Source: an uncultured virus (IMG/VR IMGVR_UViG_3300034082_002390) (lineage: Duplodnaviria; Heunggongvirae; Uroviricota; Caudoviricetes). From it: DNA of 64,000 nt. The position numbers were made by a program, and so were the translations under genes. Under the pieces are notes generated by a model. It had not been told where the DNA came from. It saw only the letters and a list, made by a program, of their open reading frames with translations, and made no database searches. Position 1 is the first letter of the stretch. Every line of letters starts with the position of its first letter. The stretch is taken from the IMG/VR virus record IMGVR_UViG_3300034082_002390. One strand, given 5' to 3'. Of this stretch, positions 18,494 to 27,094 are shown piece by piece.

Positions 18494-19237
18494 TCAAGTA
18501 TTACCAAGTACGCGAATTGCAACTTTTTGATGCCGACTCACTCGCCCAATATACTCATACCGGATCTTGTGCTGTGCAACAAACTCTTGCCATGCTCGGA
18601 ATTCATCCAACTGCCAGCCTGGGTAGTTCATGTACTCATCAAAAATAATCACTGTGCCGGGCACAATGTTGTTTTTTAAGTTGTCCAAAATTGTAACTGT
18701 GCTAGAATACAAATCACAATCCACATGCAACAATTGCACAGGCCTAGATCCTTGTTCTTGCACAAAGCTTGGCAGTGTCTGATCAAACCAACCCACATGC
18801 AATTCACAGTTGCCACGAACTCGGGGAAGCTTGCTTCTTGCAAAGAAACCTTTGCGCATCCTTGATGTCCAGTCTTCGGGCAGGCCTTTGAAGCCATCAA
18901 ATCCATGCACAATTTTGTGCGGCAACCAGTAAGCAAATTGATTCAGTGTGCGCCCAGTGGCCACCCCAAACTCAAGCACCATGCCACGTAGGCCAAGATG
19001 GTTGGCTAACTGTGTTTTGCACACCCACTCATGCAAATCATAGTCAGTATCAAAGTTAGGAACTGCCCGCATGTGCTCTAGCACATAACGAGCAGATTCT
19101 TCGCTGGCTAATCGAACTGCGGTAAACTCAGTGTCGATGACATCAGTATACAGTCCAAGTAGTTGTTTTTGTACAGTGGTGGGCTGTGGGTAGCGCCACC
19201 ACTCTTCAATTCTATCCAATAGTCTATGTAAGTTCAT
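18494..19237 (-). CDS. TylF/MycF-like class I SAM-dependent O-methyltransferase
   Basis: VLEFGVATG, HGFDGFKGLPEDW, GWFDQTLP, LHVDCDLYSST and IIFDEY. Confidence 0.85.
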   Translation of the reverse strand: MNLHRLLDRIEEWWRYPQPTTVQKQLLGLYTDVIDTEFTAVRLASEESARYVLEHMRAVPNFDTDYDLHEWVCKTQLANHLGLRGMVLEFGVATGRTLNQFAYWLPHKIVHGFDGFKGLPEDWTSRMRKGFFARSKLPRVRGNCELHVGWFDQTLPSFVQEQGSRPVQLLHVDCDLYSSTVTILDNLKNNIVPGTVIIFDEYMNYPGWQLDEFRAWQEFVAQHKIRYEYIGRVSRHQKVAIRVLGNT

Positions 19238-19254
19238 CTAGCAAGTATAACAGA

Positions 19255-19560
19255 TCACTTGAAGAAAATCAACACCATAAGACTACTTTGAACAATAAAT
19301 CCAAAAGCAATGGTCACAATGTTTAGGAAGTTGCGCTGTACCACTGCTTGAGCAAACATAGCAGTAAGTCCTGACCAGACCAACAATACCATGTCCACAC
19401 TGGGCATTTTGTCGCTGAGACCAGTCAGCACTGCAATCAGAGTCGGCAAGGTTGCCGAGTGCAATAAAATCACTGCCAACCAACTCAACGTTGCCGCTGA
19501 AATGGGTGCAATATAAGATTGCAGTGTTGTTACAGTTTGTTCAATGTCAAAGTTTTTCAT
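19255..19560 (-). CDS. Small multi-pass membrane protein
   Basis: About three hydrophobic segments; directly downstream of the cell wall hydrolase. Confidence 0.65.
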   Translation of the reverse strand: MKNFDIEQTVTTLQSYIAPISAATLSWLAVILLHSATLPTLIAVLTGLSDKMPSVDMVLLVWSGLTAMFAQAVVQRNFLNIVTIAFGFIVQSSLMVLIFFK

Positions 19561-19567
19561 TTAGATC

Positions 19568-20128
19568 TCACTTGTAAAAAATGTGTCGGCCAATTTTGGC
19601 CACTTGCTTCTTGTTCCATTGCGGGTTAACATAGTCAGCATGATAGTATAGTGCGTCTTTGAGTTCAGGAATTCTAAACCCATCAAACATCACCATCTTT
19701 GCGGCTTCTTCACTTTCAAGCCAGAGCTTTTTGTGAATAGGCCGTGTCTTGAAATTCTGCTCACAGTACCAAGAGAATTGACACAGTACTCGTTCGTACA
19801 CCACATTCTTCTGGTGCACAACTTGGCATGGATCATTGGGAAATTTTCCACTCTCCACGCGATTCATAACCACCTGTGCCACTGCTAGTTTGCCCTCTGC
19901 AGGCTCACTAGCGGCTTCCCAGTAGATGTTTTGAGTCATGCATTGTAGACGGCGTTCTTTGTCCTTGACAGCCGCTTTGAACTCACTAATAGTGGTTACT
20001 GTGCTAGCATCAAAGTCTGCCAGGCGGGTTAGTTTGTTTTGAGTTACTGCATTAATCAGTGCTATGCCAAAAGTGGCAACTATTAAAAACACCACGGTGT
20101 GTAGTGATAATTTAATATATTTTTCCAT
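19568..20128 (-). CDS. SleB/CwlJ-like cell wall hydrolase (Hydrolase_2) with N-terminal TM segment
   Basis: CMTQNIYWEAASE...AVAQVVMNRV...FP, CQFSW, YYHADYVNPQW and IGRHIFY. Confidence 0.9.
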   Translation of the reverse strand: MEKYIKLSLHTVVFLIVATFGIALINAVTQNKLTRLADFDASTVTTISEFKAAVKDKERRLQCMTQNIYWEAASEPAEGKLAVAQVVMNRVESGKFPNDPCQVVHQKNVVYERVLCQFSWYCEQNFKTRPIHKKLWLESEEAAKMVMFDGFRIPELKDALYYHADYVNPQWNKKQVAKIGRHIFYK

Positions 20129-20268
20129 TAGTTTCTCCTTTGGGTTAATGCAACAGTTCTGCCTAACTACAGCAGGTCTATCACACCAAGGACTTCAAAT
20201 ATACAAAAGCCCCTGTGTTGTTTACGCCTACTTTTTCAAGAGCGTAAGTTTATGTATGCCATCTAGCT

Positions 20269-20297
20269 ATTGTAACAAACTTGACTTTATTTGTCAA
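20269..20297 (-). promoter_or_regulatory. Sigma70-type promoter for sleB
   Basis: TTGACA-17-TACAAT followed by a ~130-nt leader. Confidence 0.7.
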
Positions 20298-20311
20298 GTG
20301 ATCTAGATAAA

Positions 20312-20548
20312 TTAGCACCACTTCAAGCAAAAAGCGGCACAGTCTCGATCCGAATCAAAGTAAAAAGCATACTTCCCTGGACGAGTGTCAGTGCTGACAT
20401 CAATCAGAGACCATCGCCAATCAGACTGACATTCAGTTTTGCACCACTCAATTATGGGGTCAAGTCCCCCGTGCGGTTTAACAATCTCTCTAGCATATTC
20501 AAAACTTTCTCTGTTACGAGTATGCAGATGGGGCATTGTGCCAATCAT
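20312..20548 (-). CDS. Hypothetical protein
   Basis: IEWC...W...FYFDSDRDCAAFCLKW pattern. Confidence 0.6.
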   Translation of the reverse strand: MIGTMPHLHTRNRESFEYAREIVKPHGGLDPIIEWCKTECQSDWRWSLIDVSTDTRPGKYAFYFDSDRDCAAFCLKWC

Positions 20549-20859
20549 CTTGGTTGGTCTCCTTGTCGTTTGGATGTGATCAAATCATCTGTGCAACCAT
20601 TACACCTAGGTAGATTACAAATTGCCTGCTCTTCTAATTCAAACCCAGTTAATGCATGCCCAAGATGTTGATTTTTGCATTCACCTCCATACACATTCAA
20701 TTCTTTGTCAATGAACAATCGAGTGGATCCAGTTTCGCACAACCAACCTTGCCAATGGTCTTGATTGTTGTTGTGCAACCAATTGGAATAGATCAAGAAC
20801 TCTTGCCCGTCGTCAGTTGTGACTCGACAGTTGTAGTTGGAGTGATTAGTTAAATTCAA
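20545..20859 (-). CDS. Cys-rich SPASM/twitch-like domain protein
   Basis: GWLCETG...VYGGECKN..LG...ICNLPRCNGCTDD; follows a radical SAM core. Confidence 0.55.
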   Translation of the reverse strand: MNLTNHSNYNCRVTTDDGQEFLIYSNWLHNNNQDHWQGWLCETGSTRLFIDKELNVYGGECKNQHLGHALTGFELEEQAICNLPRCNGCTDDLITSKRQGDQPR

Positions 20860-21469
20860 AATCTTGCCTGCCCTTTCTCACATAAAAATCTCTTGTGCCC
20901 AGCTTGTAGTTGATTCTGTTTGTGCTGTGACTGATCTTGTGTTGAGTAAAAAATTCCTCGTACAACTTGATGCGATCCTGATTCCAGTACTCGTCCATGA
21001 TGTTGACATGAAAACTCTTGCGTGGTCGAACCATTAGGCGATTGACTGCTAGTACTTTTTTAAAAAATTCAGTTTCATTCATGTACTCTGAATGTGTGCT
21101 GAAGCTTATGGCTTCTACCTGAGCTGCAAGTTTTCGATAATAGTTCAAACTAGCACTGCCATTTGTGGTCAGTATGATCATGGCAATTTCGGGAAATTCT
21201 CGGCGCAACCACTGTATCAAGGGCAAGAAGTTTTTGTTGGCAGTTACCTCGCCACCAGTAAAACTTATTTTATAAGGCAGTTGTTTGTGCTTTGTTTTTT
21301 CATATATATTGGTCCATACTTTTTGCATGGTCGCAAGATCATGGGGTTTACTAGTGGTATCATGTAAATCAGCTGGACAATACATGCATTCATAGTTGCA
21401 TCTTGAACCCAGCATCCATCCCAAAGAAAAGTGTTTTGGCTCAGGGTCAACTCTAATTATTTTGTGCAT
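20846..21469 (-). CDS. Radical SAM protein (core only)
   Basis: RCNYECMYC (CxxxCxxC), FTGGE and TTNG. Confidence 0.88.
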   Translation of the reverse strand: MHKIIRVDPEPKHFSLGWMLGSRCNYECMYCPADLHDTTSKPHDLATMQKVWTNIYEKTKHKQLPYKISFTGGEVTANKNFLPLIQWLRREFPEIAMIILTTNGSASLNYYRKLAAQVEAISFSTHSEYMNETEFFKKVLAVNRLMVRPRKSFHVNIMDEYWNQDRIKLYEEFFTQHKISHSTNRINYKLGTRDFYVRKGRQDFEFN

Positions 21470-21480
21470 GTTATAGTTTA

Positions 21481-21732
21481 TCACCGAACAACATAGTGCT
21501 TTAAAATATATTGTTTGCAATTGTCCGGTCGATCGTCAAACCATAGTATGTTGTCAAACACACAAAATGTATTGCAAAAATCACGCCCGTATCTTGTGCC
21601 ACGCAGAGTGGCAAATATCTGTTGATGATGCCAAGTATCAAACTGCTGACTGCTAATCTTGGATGTGGGCTTGTCTGATTCCAACGGACGTTGTATCAAT
21701 TGATCTATTATGAATTGTGATGGCACCGGCAT
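21481..21732 (-). CDS. Hypothetical protein
   Basis: Coupled ORF; RYGRDFC motif. Confidence 0.5.
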   Translation of the reverse strand: MPVPSQFIIDQLIQRPLESDKPTSKISSQQFDTWHHQQIFATLRGTRYGRDFCNTFCVFDNILWFDDRPDNCKQYILKHYVVR

Positions 21733-22451
21733 CAATCCCACAGCGCCTGATAGTACTTGCCAAACAAGCGGAATCCGTTTTGAATACGAGTCTCTACCAC
21801 TCGCATGCCGTCGTAATCGCACTTGTAGGTGTTTTTTGGACCATCCTTCATTTGGTAGTACTTGTGGTCGCCCTTGGGTACTTCGTTGCCGTGCACATCC
21901 ACAGGTACCCAAATCATGTCAATGTCACCTTCACGGAAAGCATCTTCCCAGGAATCATCAACTTTGCACTCGAACGCAAAGATCATTTCCGACATGACCC
22001 AGTCCCAACGCTTGAAGTGGTTGGCATCAGTATCCCACTCGTTTTCTTTGGCAGGTGCCTCTGTACTGCGCAGGCCAAGACCTTCAGGCACATCTTCGTC
22101 ATCTACCAAGGGGCTACCGTGCTTTTTTTCTTTCAGTTGTTTCAGCATGGGCAGGATAATGGGACTCAGGGTATGATCCATGCTCCAGGTATCCCAGTAG
22201 TCAATTTTCACATAGTCGATCTTTGGATGCACCCGATCCAGCACCCACTGGATACCCCGGCTGATGGGCTCAAGTCGGTCACTCCACTTTTCCACCCATT
22301 CAGGATGCTCAACATATTTCTTTTCATCATCAAAGCCGCGAAAGCTCTTGTCACGACTGCACTTGCTCCAGTCGGTCCAGAAGAACATGTAGTCCAACAT
22401 GGTGTAGGGGCTGATCCAGTGATAGCGAGGTTTACCAATGTAGATTTTCAT
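21732..22451 (-). CDS. Conserved phage hypothetical protein
   Basis: IDYWDTWSMDHTL..IILPML, RWDWVMSEMIFAF and GFRLFGKYYQALWD. Confidence 0.75.
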   Translation of the reverse strand: MKIYIGKPRYHWISPYTMLDYMFFWTDWSKCSRDKSFRGFDDEKKYVEHPEWVEKWSDRLEPISRGIQWVLDRVHPKIDYVKIDYWDTWSMDHTLSPIILPMLKQLKEKKHGSPLVDDEDVPEGLGLRSTEAPAKENEWDTDANHFKRWDWVMSEMIFAFECKVDDSWEDAFREGDIDMIWVPVDVHGNEVPKGDHKYYQMKDGPKNTYKCDYDGMRVVETRIQNGFRLFGKYYQALWD

Positions 22452-22484
22452 ATTAATTCCTTGACTGATTAAACAATTTATCTC

Positions 22485-22943
22485 TTACTTGGGCAAGTAT
22501 TGATCGTGTGCTACCCATTTATTTTTGACCAGGAAGCCCCACTCGCGTTTTTTTGCGCCTGGCATAAAAAGTGTCCAACATTCCACAGCAGGATCTAATT
22601 CAATGCGATGATAGCTAGTGGCACTGCTAATGCGAAAATGACCCGGCTTGCGCCAGTGTGCAATCTCTCCAAATTTCTCCCCTTTGTCATTGAACTGCGG
22701 AATCCATTCCCAGTAGCCGCCTTTCAAAATAAGTGTAGCATAAGGCCAGGGATGATCATGCACGTCATCGGGATCACTCTTTAAAAACTTGTGAACAAAA
22801 ATGTTGAACGGGAACCAGGCACGCTCTTTAAGAAACACATAGTAGCGTTCCAGATAAGGATCCTGTCCCTGGCGATCTAGAATGACTCGTTGTCGTCCTA
22901 GTTTTTTCATGATCTTTTTAAACATGTATTTATTATACGACAA
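22485..22943 (-). CDS. Cupin-like protein
   Basis: HDHPWPY...ILKGGYWE...HRIEL...WGF. Confidence 0.65.
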   Translation of the reverse strand: MSYNKYMFKKIMKKLGRQRVILDRQGQDPYLERYYVFLKERAWFPFNIFVHKFLKSDPDDVHDHPWPYATLILKGGYWEWIPQFNDKGEKFGEIAHWRKPGHFRISSATSYHRIELDPAVECWTLFMPGAKKREWGFLVKNKWVAHDQYLPK

Positions 22944-22962
22944 ATCTATTTATTGGACAATG

Positions 22963-22987
22963 AAAAAGGTCACCTGGTGACCTTTTT
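22963..22987. terminator. Bidirectional hairpin terminator
   Basis: AAAAAGGTCAC-CTG-GTGACCTTTTT. Confidence 0.7.
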
Positions 22988-23019
22988 ACCATATGCTCTA
23001 GTGAGCTATGCAGTTGATA

Positions 23020-23289
23020 TTAAACCAGGCCAAGTGCCATGGCTTTGTAGCCTGCGGCCACAATCTTGCGACTTGGCTTGCCCATAACATACTCTGTCAC
23101 AGTCACGCCATTGCCGGCCTTGCGGGTGTTTGCATACACTGCAAAACCGTGCTGGCGGATGCGACTGGCTTCTGCTGCCAAGTTGCCAACGCTAAAACGC
23201 TTCTTGGCTTCAGCTGGGGTCAATGCTTCGCCGTTTTTGAGTGCGGTAAAAACTTTGTATGTTTTGGTTTCTGTGTTAATCAATTTCAT
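23020..23289 (-). CDS. Small HTH-like phage protein
   Basis: ALKNGEALTPAEAKKRFSVGNLAAEASRIRQHG; AGGA RBS. Confidence 0.6.
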   Translation of the reverse strand: MKLINTETKTYKVFTALKNGEALTPAEAKKRFSVGNLAAEASRIRQHGFAVYANTRKAGNGVTVTEYVMGKPSRKIVAAGYKAMALGLV

Positions 23290-23384
23290 CTCTGTTTCCT
23301 TTAAGTTAATTCGATGTGTTACTGACATCGTGCTACTAGTATATGATATTGCTGTGGTAAAAACAAGCTGTTTGGCAACATATT

Positions 23385-23606
23385 CTAGATTACTCTGCCC
23401 AGACCCAACCAAATAAGCTGATCAAGTTCCGCTTGGTAGTCTCGACCAAGCCTACGTTTTTCGTAGATGGTTTGTAAAATTTCTTTACCATCGCCAAACT
23501 CACCGGTGCCGGCACCACGATTTTCCAATTCCTCAATTAGGTCATCGGTATCGAAGTCTGACAAGTCAACGTCAACTTCAACTTCGGTATAAATGGTCTT
23601 GTACAT
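23385..23606 (-). CDS. Hypothetical acidic protein
   Basis: EVDVDLSDFDTDDLIEELENRG. Confidence 0.6.
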   Translation of the reverse strand: MYKTIYTEVEVDVDLSDFDTDDLIEELENRGAGTGEFGDGKEILQTIYEKRRLGRDYQAELDQLIWLGLGRVI

Positions 23607-23962
23607 TATTTGTATTCCTGTGTGATAGATTCAGTGTGCTTGCAGTTTCCCCTAAACTTGAAACCACTGCAAGTACATGTCATGCCGTTTTCTGTCTTTT
23701 CCACTGTGTATTTGTTACCTTTACTGCCCGTCACAGTCCATTGTGGGTTAACCGGTGCATCCCGATCCTCAAAATTCCACCGATTTGGCACTTCCAAAAA
23801 CTTGCGTCCACGTGTGTCAATCCGTATGGGTTTTTTAAATTTAAACACAATGTCGGTGCCGTGCTTGACATAGGCAAACATCTTGCTTTTGCTGTTGTCC
23901 AAAAAGTACACATGATTGTGTGTGGGAGTGTCCCACACTGTGGTTTCTTGAAATGCTTTCAT
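23606..23962 (-). CDS. SWIM zinc-finger protein
   Basis: VTGSKGNKYTV...CTCSGFKFRGNCKH. Confidence 0.75.
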   Translation of the reverse strand: MKAFQETTVWDTPTHNHVYFLDNSKSKMFAYVKHGTDIVFKFKKPIRIDTRGRKFLEVPNRWNFEDRDAPVNPQWTVTGSKGNKYTVEKTENGMTCTCSGFKFRGNCKHTESITQEYK

Positions 23963-24201
23963 TTGGAAATAAACAATCCTATAATATACAATCCCAACAA
24001 CACGCCATTGACCACTATAAGATTTCGTTCACCAATACGTATTGACCATACCAAGTACAATGCGGCACCTAGATTCAAAAAATAAATGTTCATTGGATCA
24101 ATGCGAAAACTAGTCAACAAAGCACCTATGCATACTGCAACACAACCTAGCCATTTTAAAATATCATCAATTTGACTTCGAGTCATGTCATAGCCTTTCA
24201 A
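23959..24201 (-). CDS. Small membrane protein
   Basis: Three hydrophobic helices. Confidence 0.6.
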   Translation of the reverse strand: MKGYDMTRSQIDDILKWLGCVAVCIGALLTSFRIDPMNIYFLNLGAALYLVWSIRIGERNLIVVNGVLLGLYIIGLFISK

Positions 24202-24248
24202 CAGTTAGTGCATACATTATAGCAAACAAGTCTTTACTAGCCAACCAC

Positions 24249-24482
24249 TTATTTCTGCGACTTTTTTAAGCAGAAAAACGTGGCATCTGAATTGTTACGA
24301 AAATACAATACCAGTTTTAATTTTGCATTTCGTCCTTTTCTGCGCCACTCTGCGGCAGGAATTATCATACGATAAAACCAACGTCGGCCTGTCTGTGTGC
24401 CCGGAGCACCAAATAATTGATTGGTTAGGTAAGTGAGATCGCCATTATAATAATAGCCGCAGTCAACTCGTGTGGATTTCAT
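24249..24482 (-). CDS. Hypothetical protein
   Basis: YFRNNSDATFFCLK C-terminus, similar to 20312..20548. Confidence 0.5.
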   Translation of the reverse strand: MKSTRVDCGYYYNGDLTYLTNQLFGAPGTQTGRRWFYRMIIPAAEWRRKGRNAKLKLVLYFRNNSDATFFCLKKSQK

Positions 24483-24491
24483 TGTTGGATA

Positions 24492-24989
24492 TCAACTTCC
24501 TGTGGACAACACCAAAACAGTGGCATCGTCTTTGCTGGGCTTAAAATCTTCGATATACGTGTGATGGGTGTCACCGCTGTCACGGATGGCAGCATTAGCG
24601 GCCACGTACAATGCGGCCCAGGTCAAGCCATTGATTGGCACTTGCACTTTACTTGTGTGCCCCCAGTGATCCGTGTACAGCACCGTGGTAGCACCTGTGT
24701 AGGAATGACGCTCACCAAGATCATCAACTTGGTATATGCTCCACACCGCAGAAAGTCCTAGTTCTTCCCGAATGCGTTCATAGTGAGCTGACTTGGACTC
24801 AAATGCACTATCATCTTGCTCGTATGCATTGTCAAGACCTCGACGAATCTCACTGACTCCATGAAGCAGTCGCTTTAGAAGTTCTGGATCAAGCACACCT
24901 TCGAGGTGTTGAATCGCACCATTGAGTTCGCAGATGCCGTTGTGAATAGTTTTGAATTCGTCGGCTGTTAGAGTAGGATTGCAGTTCAT
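24492..24989 (-). CDS. Hypothetical protein
   Basis: TWAALY.AANAAIRDSGD.HH.YIEDF...TGS. Confidence 0.6.
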   Translation of the reverse strand: MNCNPTLTADEFKTIHNGICELNGAIQHLEGVLDPELLKRLLHGVSEIRRGLDNAYEQDDSAFESKSAHYERIREELGLSAVWSIYQVDDLGERHSYTGATTVLYTDHWGHTSKVQVPINGLTWAALYVAANAAIRDSGDTHHTYIEDFKPSKDDATVLVLSTGS

Positions 24990-25164
24990 TATAAACCTAT
25001 TTCTTTCCACATGTTTTCACGGCGCTCAAGTTCTTGAACATAAAATTCTTGCATGGCTTCGTCCTGCGGGCTTTTTGACAGTGAGTCTCTCAGCACCAGC
25101 CAGGCCTGCTCAAGCTCTGAATATGTCATTGCTTTTAGTTCAACATCCAAGTCACTCATTCGAC

Positions 25165-25452
25165 TCATGCTGCCTCCAGCATGTTGGCGGGAACCTTGAA
25201 CAGAAGTTGACCAGTATCAACTGTCACAAACTTGATGGCAATTTTACGAACGGTGCCACGATAAGTCACACCGTTTCGGTTACTGGTAAACTTCACAGTG
25301 TCGCCCAACATGAGACTGCGTTTGGTCTTCTGTGTGAGCTGAGCTCGGGCAAAGCGAATTGCATCACCAATGCTGGTGAGTTGATCATTTGTAAACGATC
25401 CAGAAAGAATTGCACGATTGATGTCTTGAATAGTGGTCATTGTTGTCTCCAA
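25165..25452 (-). CDS. Hypothetical protein with C-terminal SH3/KOW-like region
   Basis: LGDTVKF...GTVRKI...KVPANML. Confidence 0.6.
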   Translation of the reverse strand: METTMTTIQDINRAILSGSFTNDQLTSIGDAIRFARAQLTQKTKRSLMLGDTVKFTSNRNGVTYRGTVRKIAIKFVTVDTGQLLFKVPANMLEAA

Positions 25453-25779
25453 TTAGTCTGCACGAGAATTCATGTAAGCGTCAATGCCATGTTCACGCAG
25501 AACTTTGGCATAGGCTTCAGCACCAGCTTCTTTGATGTCCATGCTTTGTGTAAAACTACCACCAGGATTCCAAAAGCTTAGACCGCCGCCGTATTCTTTG
25601 CGGAACCCCACGGTCTTGAGTGCACGGCCCAGTTTGGTTGATGCTTTTTCACGCACTACAACCCAGGCAAATCCACAGTAGCCAGGCTCGCCGTGACGGG
25701 CACGGAACTCGTTCTCGGCTTGGATAGCGGCCTCTCGGGCAGTGTTATGAATAGATTCCAAGTTATCTAAAGCAATCAT
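25453..25779 (-). CDS. Conserved phage hypothetical protein
   Basis: CGFAWV...QSMDIKEAGAEAYAKVL; follows promoter cassette. Confidence 0.65.
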   Translation of the reverse strand: MIALDNLESIHNTAREAAIQAENEFRARHGEPGYCGFAWVVVREKASTKLGRALKTVGFRKEYGGGLSFWNPGGSFTQSMDIKEAGAEAYAKVLREHGIDAYMNSRAD

Positions 25780-25785
25780 CTCTCG

Positions 25786-25841
25786 CTCCTTTTTGTTTAC
25801 AATACAAGTATTATAGCAAATGATCAGATTCTGGTCAACCA
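25786..25841 (-). repeat. 56-bp promoter+RBS direct repeat, copy 1
   Basis: Identical to 26117-26172; contains TTGACC-17-TATAAT and AGGAG. Confidence 0.9.
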
Positions 25842-26110
25842 AATTCGTACATGAATTTGGACATATTTGGATCCAATTTGACTAGATCCTTAGCGGCCGC
25901 TGTCAGGGCACGATAGCGAGCTTGAACTTGGCTACGGGGCAACTCACCATCGCAAGAAAGATTTTCTGGGCTCAAGGCACAATCAATAGCCTCAGCCACT
26001 CGTTTCCGTCCTGCGGCAGTTTGAATTTCGTACAAGGGTTCGGTACGCTGACCTTTGAACAAACTAGCCCAGCGATTTTGTTGATCAACCCAGGTGTTAA
26101 GTGCTTGCAT
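25835..26110 (-). CDS. Hypothetical protein between identical promoter repeats
   Basis: LSPENLSCDGEL motif; AGGAG RBS. Confidence 0.65.
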   Translation of the reverse strand: MQALNTWVDQQNRWASLFKGQRTEPLYEIQTAAGRKRVAEAIDCALSPENLSCDGELPRSQVQARYRALTAAAKDLVKLDPNMSKFMYEFG

Positions 26111-26116
26111 TTCTGA

Positions 26117-26197
26117 CTCCTTTTTGTTTACAATACAAGTATTATAGCAAATGATCAGATTCTGGTCAACCAGAATCTGTGTTGTATTTTTACAACA
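26117..26197 (-). repeat. 56-bp promoter+RBS direct repeat, copy 2, plus upstream palindrome
   Basis: 26117-26172 identical to 25786-25841; TGTTGTA-N4-TACAACA at 26180-26197. Confidence 0.9.
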
Positions 26198-26202
26198 ATT
26201 AT

Positions 26203-26412
26203 CTAGGCTCGTACTAGGTCAAAAATTGAATTCTGCAGGCGGGCCACATCTTCGTTGTCAACATAGAAGTCGGTACGTGGATCCCAGTACTCGCCTGCCT
26301 TTGGATCATAATACAACACCTGACCGTTGGGATAGTGAAAAGGTCCTTCAAGTCCTGCACGTGGACCGTATTCATTGCCGTGTTTGAAAACTCGATATCC
26401 CATGTTATTCAC
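26203..26412 (-). CDS. Hypothetical phage protein
   Basis: GLEGPF...LYYDPKAGEYWDP.TDFY. Confidence 0.65.
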   Translation of the reverse strand: MNNMGYRVFKHGNEYGPRAGLEGPFHYPNGQVLYYDPKAGEYWDPRTDFYVDNEDVARLQNSIFDLVRA

Positions 26413-26557
26413 TCCTTGACAAATTTCACGCCAGATGCCATGACCATCAACCCAAACGATGATATCAATGCTGAATAAAACAAATCAAGGTCAGACAGAC
26501 TTTTTTCAATTCCGCCCACGCCCGACATCACTATAATCAATCCAAGAATAATTCGAA

Positions 26558-27004
26558 TCATGATGCCTCCGCTACTTTGATTGACTCCAGTGCTTGGCTC
26601 AACAACACCAAGCGACCTTTGAACTCGCCGTACATGCTACCACAGTACCATTCACCATTTTCCATGATGTAGTAATACTCTCCGCCACAATTGTCTACCT
26701 GTTCCAGAAATTCAGCAAAAGTGTGTGCCACTTTAAAGTCGGTACCAGTCTCACCGCGGTCACGACCGTAAAACACTGTGGTGCCAGGCAAGGGCTTTTC
26801 AAAACTGTGATCAACGCCATCGGGAACCAGGATGTTTTCGCGCAGAGTAGACAAATCACCCAGTGCCACCAGGTGATTGGCTTTGGCGCTGTTATAGTGC
26901 TCTTGCAGGATTGTCCCATTGTGCTCCAAGTAGCCGTCCCAGTGACAGTAGACTGACTTGCAAACTGTACCATGCATGACACCAATTCTTGAACGTGTAC
27001 CCAT
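26558..27004 (-). CDS. Conserved phage hypothetical protein
   Basis: MGTRSRIG...SVYCHWDGY...YGRDRGE. Confidence 0.7.
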   Translation of the reverse strand: MGTRSRIGVMHGTVCKSVYCHWDGYLEHNGTILQEHYNSAKANHLVALGDLSTLRENILVPDGVDHSFEKPLPGTTVFYGRDRGETGTDFKVAHTFAEFLEQVDNCGGEYYYIMENGEWYCGSMYGEFKGRLVLLSQALESIKVAEAS

Positions 27005-27036
27005 CTTGAGCTCCTGTTTTGTTACTGTATGTTTCT

Positions 27037-27093
27037 ATTATAGCAAATGGAGCATTTCTGGTCAACCAAAATTTGTGTTGTATTTTTACAACA
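27037..27093 (-). promoter_or_regulatory. Sigma70-type promoter with upstream palindrome
   Basis: TTGACC-17-TATAAT; TGTTGTAAAAATACAACA at 27076-27093. Confidence 0.85.
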
Positions 27094-27094
27094 T

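Noticed and set aside
25786..27093. Repeats considered as a CRISPR array or attachment sites
   Set aside because: They are gene-length apart and each repeat is a promoter+RBS; there is no regular spacer array, cas gene or integrase.
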